Positions 55,301 through 64,000 of a DNA stretch of 64,000 bases are shown here, piece after piece. The first letter of the stretch is position 1, and each line of letters begins with the position of its first letter. The stretch comes from Balanoglossus misakiensis (taxonomy: Eukaryota; Animalia; Hemichordata), in the NCBI GenBank assembly GCA_040954595.2, contig CM082597.2:5461244-5525243 (forward strand), in the 5' to 3' direction. The notes beneath the pieces were generated by a model, which saw only the letters and a program-made list of their open reading frames with translations, searched no databases and was not told the origin of the DNA. The translations under genes and the position numbers were made by a program.

Positions 55301-58300
55301 AGAAAATTAACCATATGAACTGAAGCTTCTATATATTGAAATAAAATTTACATTCACCTCTCATACATATGCAAAATGTACATACATACATACATACATA
55401 CATACATACATACATACATACATACATACATACATACATACATACATACATACATACATACATACATACATACATACATAGTGGGCATTTATAGGTCTCA
55501 AGTGGGACATAAAACCTGTTCAGATAAGAACATATCGCGTTTATTTCAATCAATCTGCTAACAACGTGCTAACACGGAGATAAACAAAGCGAGGCAACAC
55601 ATGAATAAAATATGATCTTACCCAGCATGCTGCCGTTACAAATTTTAGATTGTTTGAAACACCGCTGTCTATTCCAAACATGAAGACGCCAGCATACAAC
55701 AGGAGACAGCCGATCGCAATGAAATTATTCAATGGAGGGCTGGAAATTTTAATGGCTCTAAGTAGAGAAAATGTGTAAATGTATAATCAGGTCATTAAGG
55801 AAAAAAAGCGATCAAATGAAAATTACAAACTACTTTAAAGAAAGTGATGCTGGAAGCAAGGGGTCTGGTGTATTGAAAAAGTCATGATGAATTCATAATA
55901 CACAGTTTTCATAAGTCTAGCGCCCTCAAGCAGCCATTATGATTTTGGACTCAAAGCGAGGCCAGCGGTGAAACGTTGACCAATCACATCAAGGGGATTT
56001 CCCTATTGGCCTCGCTTTGAGTTCAAATCCATGATGGCTGCGTGACAGAGCTAGACTTATGCAAATGGTGCATTGCATAAATCTTACTTTGCATTTCTGA
56101 ATGTGATGTTTATCGCCAGCATCACAATGGCCATCAGGCATCCACACCCAGCGATGGACCACATAATGATACGGTAAGTGCTGGACAATGTCTCCGGTGT
56201 TATGACCAGGGTTATGCCATCCACAGGAGGCATATTACTGCCTGAAAAAAATGTACATACATCTCATGACATGTCAACATAGTTCATGTTTAGTCTGAGG
56301 GAATTAGAAGACAAAGGATGTTCAGTTTCAAAGATAGCAATTTGACTATACATATAGATTATGGTGATAGTCTAATTATTAGACACTTTTCAGGGATTCA
56401 ACCAAGCAATAAAGCTGATACACTGAAGAAAAGAACTGAAATAAATAGCAAACATTTGGAACCATACCATAGAACTTAGATGTGATTAAATAAATCAGAA
56501 GTTACAAAAATGGTATTTACCATGCCAATTGACATCTGTATACCATCGTATTATATCCATGTCTTGCTCGTATTTACCAATAGTAGTGACATTTTCATCT
56601 GAAAGTGTTAATAAAATACCACATCAATGTGAAACATTTGCACTACAGAAATCACTTCAGATAATACAACACTATACAATCTCGTTATTCTGCTTCAAAT
56701 AGAGTATTAATTATATGACAATACATACAAGCAGGAAAATATTCCTTAATTAATTGTTAGCGTAGCAATCAATTGACATACCTAGGTATTGTTCTATTCC
56801 AACATTGCTTTGACGACTGTAAAGTTCGTCAAAGATCACTTTTCCCTGAAACGAAACAAAGCAAACGTACGATATCTGACGATGGCAAAGATAGGGTGGG
56901 TATTAAAATGATGGCAAAGCTAAAATGTGCTTTAAGAATTCTTGACACGAGTGTATGGGCAATGACTATGAACCTTGGAACAGAGATACAATATTTACAA
57001 TGACATCCATCTGATTTTCTGGGAATGGGTATTTTTTGATGTTACCATAATTTTGTTTTACGATATTTACAAGGACATCCATCTGATTTTCTGGGAATGG
57101 GTATTTTTTGATGTTACCACAATTTTTTTACGATATTTACGAGGACATCCATCTGATTTTCTGGGAATGGGTATGTTTTTGTGTTACCACAATTTTTACG
57201 ATATTTACAAGGACATCCATCTGATTTTCTGGGAATGGGTGTTTTTTGATGTTGCCACAATTTTTTTACGATATTTACAATGACATCCATCTGATTTTCT
57301 GGGAATAGGTATGTTTTTGTGTTACCACAATTTTTTACGATATTTACAAGGACATCCATCTGATTTTCTGGGAATGGGTATGTTTTTGTGTTACCACAAT
57401 TTTTTTCGATATTTACAAGACATCCATCTGATTTTCTGGGAATGAGTATTTTTTGATGTTACCACAATTTTTTTACGATATTTACAAGTTCATCCATCTG
57501 ATTTTCTGGGAATGAGTATTTTTTGATGTTACCACAATTTTTTGTACGATATTTACAAGTTCATCCATCTGATTTTCTGGGAATGAGTATTTTTTGATGT
57601 TACCACAATTTTTTGTACGATATTTACAAGTTCATCCATCTGATTTTCTGGGAATGAGTATTTTTTGATGTTACCACAATTTTTTGTACGATATTTACAA
57701 GTTCATCCATCTGATTTTCTGGGAATGGGTGGTTTTTGATGTTACCATAATGTTTTCGTAGGTTGATCTAAACCGTAGTATTAACAGTGAAAACTTGGTC
57801 TGGTAATCACAAATAGGTGAAACAATAAAATATCATGAATGGAAGATACTGAACGAGCCGTATCATTTTGCGTGTGTGTTTCCTTCTGACGTCAAACGAC
57901 ACGCTGACATCCAATTTCTTAAATTTTGCAATACTTTACTCAGATATACTCTTGAGATTTTAAAATCTCCTTAGAGCTGGGAAGTTGGGGCAATTATCAC
58001 TCTCTGTTTTTGGTCGAGAACTTGGATCAGCAATCACGTGGACCCCTAATGTATCCATATCATTAGTTGTCCTGGTTTGTCAACTTTGGGGATGTTCATG
58101 TCTTCCATTCGACAGCCTCAGTTTGTCCTTGAAATGTATGACCTGATTCCGTTAATCGGAATGGCAGTCTTATCACGGCGAAATTCAACACAATGAAAAT
58201 AATGGTGGCAGTCCAGATATATAATAAGCGAAACCCTATAAATATCCAATCATGGTCATTTTGATTGATATGAAACACAAAATGTTACAAATTCAGGTTT

Positions 58301-61300
58301 CACTCAAAAATAAACGCGTTGGTCGTTAATTCACACGTGGTAAATTATAGAACATGTACACAGGAAATGCAAGGAAGCCGCGATGACATCTGACAGGAAG
58401 TAACAAAAGAACGCGCGCTTCCGTTTGACCTCATCCTGATCATCTGATCTGGCGAGGTGATTTATCGGGGCGATTAACTGTGAACAGTGAGTTAACTTCG
58501 GATGCGGGTAATTGCCAGTGCTTCAATGTGAGCGCATCTGCTGATAGTTACATTTTATTGGAAGAACATGCAGCATCACCGTGTGATACATTGCAATATA
58601 TGTCAATCGTTATATGGTTGACGTGCACTTTTCACGAATATGGTAACAGGATGGGACATATATGCTGGTCTTTCAATGGTAAACGAGGTCCACACATGCA
58701 GGACTCCAATATTTGCTTGAAAGTGGTATTTTACCTGACAAAAAAATCAACTTCAAGTGACGTCACACAACAAATCCAGACATGGGTATTATGAAATCAT
58801 TGAAAGCAAACTTCTCAACAGATCAATTTGTTTGGTTCATTACAACATTTAGCGGATTACCGGAAACATAACAAAGGGTCATTTTCTCAAGTGATATATT
58901 ATGAAATCACTGGCCATTGTTTGCTGCTTGTGTTATTTTCATTAGCCTCGTGATTTGAGTGCCAGAGATAGATGTCAAATTAGAGTCACGATGAGACTTG
59001 GCCATGCGCGAACGCCAATGACTTTGTACGTTATGCGCACTGACTGTGTCACTTGTCAGCGTACAAATACAGCGACAGATTCAAATTGAGCGCTCTACTT
59101 GACGAATATGCAATCTGGCGTAGGGCGCTGGTTTTTGTTTAATGACGACCTATAACTCACGAAACGACAATATGCAGTGAAACAATTTGACTTTGAGTAA
59201 GCATTTACTATGTTCCATGAAAAATATCCAAGAACGAGCGACTCTGTCCCTTTAACAGACATTTAACTGGGAAGCACACAACACAAAACTGGAGCAACAT
59301 ATCTGTTCTACTCCATCACAAATGAAAGGGTTATATTTACCGATGCCCCCGTAAAGTTGAGCTTCAATATTTCCCGTAGAAGTATATCAGCCAATTCTCT
59401 GTTATCATACGTGAAATCCTCAAGTCCCTGACCTGGATTGCTGTTTGCCAGTATGTTGACAGTCGCGTTCATGGCTAGAGTCATGACCATAATGGCGTCA
59501 TAGGAGAGTGTTAGGTCCATGTTGATATCCATAATTGAAGAAATGAATTCCTTTTGGGAAAGCGAGGGTTTCTGTTGGGGAAATATATTTCACAGCCTCA
59601 TTTATCATAGAGAAGTGATACACTTGGGAAAGAAGAGATATTGTGAAGTAACATTTGTCAGAGTAAATCGTCACATAGGGTGTATGAATCAGGGCCGAAT
59701 GCAATCTTTAGACAGGTGGCAGTATATTGACTAATAAAAACTGCACATTTAAGTCATTGTCGTCTAGTCTCTGTCTGTCTGTCTGTCTGTCTGTCTGACT
59801 GTATGTATGTCTGTCTGCCTGTCTGTATTTCTGTCCGTCTGTCTGTCTGTAGTTCAAAAATATGAATTTTAGCAACATACGCAATCCAATCCATTGACCT
59901 ACTCACCACACCATTGAAATCAATATCACCGAGATCATCCAGATACGGATCCGCTACAAATCCTATGTAACCCGTCATTGCTGTTCGAACTTCCTCCTTA
60001 TTGCATGGGATACTTTCCCAGTTAAACGTGTCCCAACTGTCCCAGCTGAAATCGTACAGCCACCCCGGTATAATCCACACATATTTACGCCCATACATAC
60101 CTTCCTTGTAGGCCTACAGAAAGAGACAGATCATTGGATGAAAGGAATATTAAATTCGTTGATTATTCATTCAAGGTGGTGTATATAGAATTTGGGTAAA
60201 ATAATGAAATCATGACTAGCAGAGAGACTTGGTGTTTTTTCTATCACCGTTTTAAACAGTATCGTACCGTAGGGATCAGCTCGTACATTGTTAGCAATTT
60301 GTAACTGTCAACTTCGTTCAGATACGTCTGGTTGATGCATGAGTATGTAGCATCCCTGTGTAACCTTCCCCGTATAGTTTCATGCAGTACATTTGGTGTG
60401 AAGTGTATAATCTGGCCAATGTAGCCACACATGTTACATGCGCAACATACAGTCACTTAAAACAAGGTTACTGAACTTTCGAAGTGAATATTCTAAGTTT
60501 AAACAATTAATACCGCATACATTGTGGGTTAAACAAACTATAGAAAGAAGAAACATCGAAGTGAATATTCTAGAATTATAAAAAAATAATACCTATAGAA
60601 ATAGATATATAATAGAAAGAAGAAACATCGTTCAGATACACAGAATACTTCAACACCTGCGTTGAAATTGATGTTTAGATTATATCCAGGGCTAAATCAC
60701 AAACTCGTATAAGTTAACTCTTAAAGTAGACATAGTCCCGGGGAAAGAAATGTCATCTAACAGTCAAAAAGTTTACATATACGTCTTACTTGGGAGAGAT
60801 CAATTACAATGACACCATGATATCACCAATACAGAGGATTCAAACTGAGAAAGGGTGTCAAACCATTTTCAATGGGTGTGGTGGGGCGACAATTCAATTC
60901 CTGACAGAGCACTTAGGGTTATCAGGGGGTTTGGACGGCTGTTATGCAAAGGCGAGGCCAAGACAGGAGTATTTATTACATGAACTGGCTTAATGATCAT
61001 TCAATGGTACAGTTAACAGTTACGACCTGTAGCTTTTAGATATAGTTGACGCAACACGTTGTTCATGAAAATAAAACGACACAAATAAAGTGTTAGTGAC
61101 GACCTGGAAAGGTGCCGAAAATTCTGGGATAGAGTCCTCAAAGGTAAGTCAGTTAATACATTCTCCTGACAATCCAATTTTATCCTCACTGGCTTATATT
61201 CAGGGGTTCTAAGATGACCACATCTCGGGAAAGCTTTTCTAATCTTCGCTATATTTGATTTTACTTGGAATTAGCATGGCGGAGAGCGATTGCTTTCCTG

Positions 61301-63348
61301 GAAAAAGCTGATTGCCTTTCTAACTCGAGAAGAATAGGTATGTGGAAAGGCGATCGATTTTCAAATCCACAAATTATCAAGGCGAGAACGGGTCGGGTTT
61401 CAGTTCAAACGTGGCATGGCGAAGGCAGGTAGCCTTGAATGTACAAATACAATCAATTACACTGTCCTTGACTTTGGATTTGTGGATTTTGCACTGGGCT
61501 TACAAGTTTAATTATTTCCACGGGGTATTTTAATACGTTGTATTCTGCACGTATAATAGACTGACTACACCTATAGTTCAGGAGATCTGTGTGATTATAT
61601 ACCAGTATGCGGCACAAAGCGTAGGATAGGGTTGATCTACTGTACTCAGATACATTGAGGCATACTTTATCTTTAAAGCTCCCCTGACCGATGTACGAAT
61701 GCCAAGCTATTGAAATAGCACGGCAATGAATGTACATCAATAACCCCACTCTGTTCCTTTTGTAAGTCACCCGTGAGAGACAGAGAATCGATCCCAGATA
61801 CAATTTTCATACTAGAAATGTTATTATTGCTGAAATTATCCCCTGACAAGAAAATCGCTGACATAAAAGCATGTCTATGAAAATGGCCGCACGAAAATCA
61901 CTTCGCGGCTCTTTGTTGGAGCAACGCTATCAAAACATGCCGACGGTGCATACCAACACGCCGATCACAGATATGATTAGGTACCACATTAACTGTGGAC
62001 AAGTCTGTTTGGTCTCGGGCGCCGCCTTTAAATTGTACGTATAACGTGTACACGCCGTCGATACCAGAACGGAAGTCTTTTGAGTGGTGCAATGATGGGA
62101 GACTCGCACAATGTTACTTGCACTATATATAAACACATTAAACTATTTTTACATACATGCAGCTGCATTTGTTTGTATATATATAGTGCAAGTGTCATTC
62201 TGCAAGATATACAGAAACACCGCATAAAACAACTGTATTATATGAAACTGCACTGACATAATTGCAAATTGTACATTTTGCAGTAGGAATATAGGCCTAT
62301 ATTTCTATTTTCTTAACAAAAACAATGGTTGATATAACAGCGACGTGAAAACTAATTTCAGGCCGTTTTGCAGCAATTCTTAAGTTTATCCAATCTTATA
62401 TATTGCTCTTTAATCATGCGATATTCACATTATTTCATCTTTTTGAAAAAATATTATATTATAATGAGAATTTTTCTTCTAAAACTAAAATTGATTTAGT
62501 AGATTCCACTGACCTGACAGAATACTTTGAAGGTCTCTTCCATGTAAGCCAATGAGAAGATAATCCTAGCGTCGTGTCGCTGCAAGAAGCAAATGCAATC
62601 ACAGAAAGTCAGAGTAATAACTTACAGACCCATGCTATGCTGCATGTATTGATTCATAAACAGTGTGCACGTATAATTGTATGTAAATTAAATTAAATTG
62701 AACTTAATTTAAGGAATTTGGTTTAGCTTCTTTTTGGTTGAGATTCATATACTCTGTGAACACTCCAAAGGTATAGTCTGGTTTTTAGGTAATCAAGATT
62801 GCTGCTCGCGGAAATTTAATCCAGTTGCACCTAAACAGGTAAACTTCGTTTGATTTATAAGAGCAGTCAGACAGATTGATTCAAGTCTGTGAGTAACGTT
62901 ACTTAGCACTCTCTTGAGTATTCCAAGCTTATTCCGTTGTGAACGTCATGCATCTGGAAGATGTGTTTCCAGTGGCATTGACATAACAACTTTGTTCTAT
63001 TGCTAGTTATACAATTTGTCTTGTTCACTCTGCTGATGTCGTTTAACAATACAGCATTTTCCCCCAACGACACCCATAGAAATACATGATAATTTGACAT
63101 CAAAACAGGTCCATTAACCCATTGGCAAACTGATAGTCCAGTGTGAGAATTCGGAGGTGAACATGATGATATTGACATCTCGTGTTCAACAAAACCAAAT
63201 CCTGCCTATTGAGCGATATACAAAGACATGCATTAACGCCACTAACCTTTAGACTTTGAAGTTGCAAACTTGGATCGTGAGAGATTGCCTCCATTGACAG
63301 AATGTCTATATCCTCACGAGTCAGTAATTGGACCAGGTTTTTCATGTT
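52384..63348 (-). CDS. GABA-B receptor-like class C GPCR (5'-partial; 14 exons, ~605 aa visible)
   Basis: Exons 63348-63247, 62579-62514, 60113-59907, 59571-59341, 56845-56782, 56598-56521, 56241-56088, 55757-55622, 55275-55162, 54814-54692, 54237-54060, 53679-53516, 52727-52605 and 52461-52384; phases are consistent throughout. Motifs RHDARII, AYKEGMYGRKYVWIIPGW, YDAI, FTGASGKVIFD, PPVDG, IKISSPPLNN, FMKTYRIH, YKG..LAWETR, LNDS and FIPK. Venus flytrap domain joins the 7TM region without a Cys-rich domain. Confidence 0.93.
55379..55480. repeat. (CATA)n microsatellite
   Basis: Direct reading. Confidence 0.97.
55897..56074. mobile_element. Palindromic MITE (long imperfect inverted arms) in a GPCR intron
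   Basis: aatacacagttttcataagtctagcgc ... gagctagacttatgcaaatggtgcatt, with inner inverted pair actcaaagcgaggcca / tggcctcgctttgagt. Confidence 0.75.
56991..57752. repeat. ~70-bp minisatellite (~11 copies) in a GPCR intron
   Basis: Unit gatatttacaaggacatccatctgattttctgggaatgggtattttttgatgttaccacaattttttac with subtype drift along the array. Confidence 0.95.
59771..59849. repeat. Imperfect (CTGT)n microsatellite
   Basis: Direct reading. Confidence 0.9.
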
Positions 63349-64000
63349 CTGTGGTAACAAAAGTGTCAAAACAAGTTTATTTGAATACCTTCGGGCATTT
63401 CGCGGAATCCAAAACTAGAACGCTTGCAAAAGTACATTGCCGTCAATACACAGTACGTATGACTATGAGACGCGTACATATAAGTCACGCACGTTTATGT
63501 ATATTAGCATGATATCCCTTAGCAGGAAATGTCTCGATCGTTAATGATCACTTACCCACTGTTTACTTTCTTTGCCAAAACGTCCAAAATTGCCTAAGTG
63601 CATTGAATGTTGAGCTTATCTGCGTTGAATGTTTTTCCGTTTAACATACTGCTACACGTACTTTATAACATGCTCAAAGATATCTCTTATAGCGATACAT
63701 GTATGATAGCAACCTACTGCGTCATTCTACCGAATACGTTAACACTAAAGACAATCCTATATTTTGAGACGAAATTCGCGACAATTTTGTTTAGTCTAGT
63801 TGAAAATGGGCTGTGCTCACGCACTATGGCTAGTTTTATTAATGATCCGAACGTGTGCATTAAGTCCAATGTATCACAGATGCTTTTCGCAAGTAGCAGA
63901 ACACTTTAGATATTGGTAGCAAAGTAAATACGGAAAGACTGATGAGTGTGCTGATGGGAATACAAATACGAGACTTGAATGGCTGCTTTTGGAGAATGTG

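Noticed and set aside
57840-58690. Alternative candidates for the GPCR linker exon (VSFDV.. on minus; TFHEYGNRMG on plus)
   Set aside because: Poor splice sites or wrong strand; 56845-56782 (GKVIFDELYSR..IEQY) fits both phase and homology.
63557-63594. Possible further upstream GPCR exon with a GTAAGT donor
   Set aside because: The translation shows no recognisable Venus flytrap similarity.

Overview
Eukaryotic (metazoan) genomic DNA with GT-AG introns. Gene content and repeats suggest an invertebrate deuterostome such as a hemichordate or amphioxus; this is inference. Left to right: (1) an 88-bp satellite array at 1-19217 with higher-order structure, a strand inversion at ~19215-19225 and an inverted, more diverged block to ~20602; (2) a compact 3-exon CYP2-clan cytochrome P450 (21094-23085) with non-canonical I-helix and C-helix motifs and a TTAA-flanked MITE just after its stop; (3) a ~6-kb putative non-autonomous Helitron/Helentron-type element (~23803-29768) whose interior is a ~11-copy tandem array of ~500-535-bp units, each carrying a tRNA-like Pol III unit (A box, B box, oligo-T) and a 31-bp palindrome; (4) a cluster of three spliced genes for small secreted Ig-fold proteins with no transmembrane segment, each ending in a Cys-containing polybasic tail, one with a candidate second promoter and signal-peptide exon and one with a Penelope-like fragment plus a complete sense-strand hammerhead ribozyme in its last intron; (5) the 3' 14 exons of a GABA-B-receptor-like class C GPCR on the minus strand. 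MITEs, CTCF-like motifs, minisatellites and microsatellites are scattered throughout. All gene models were built by hand from splice signals and reading-frame phase; no database search was possible.
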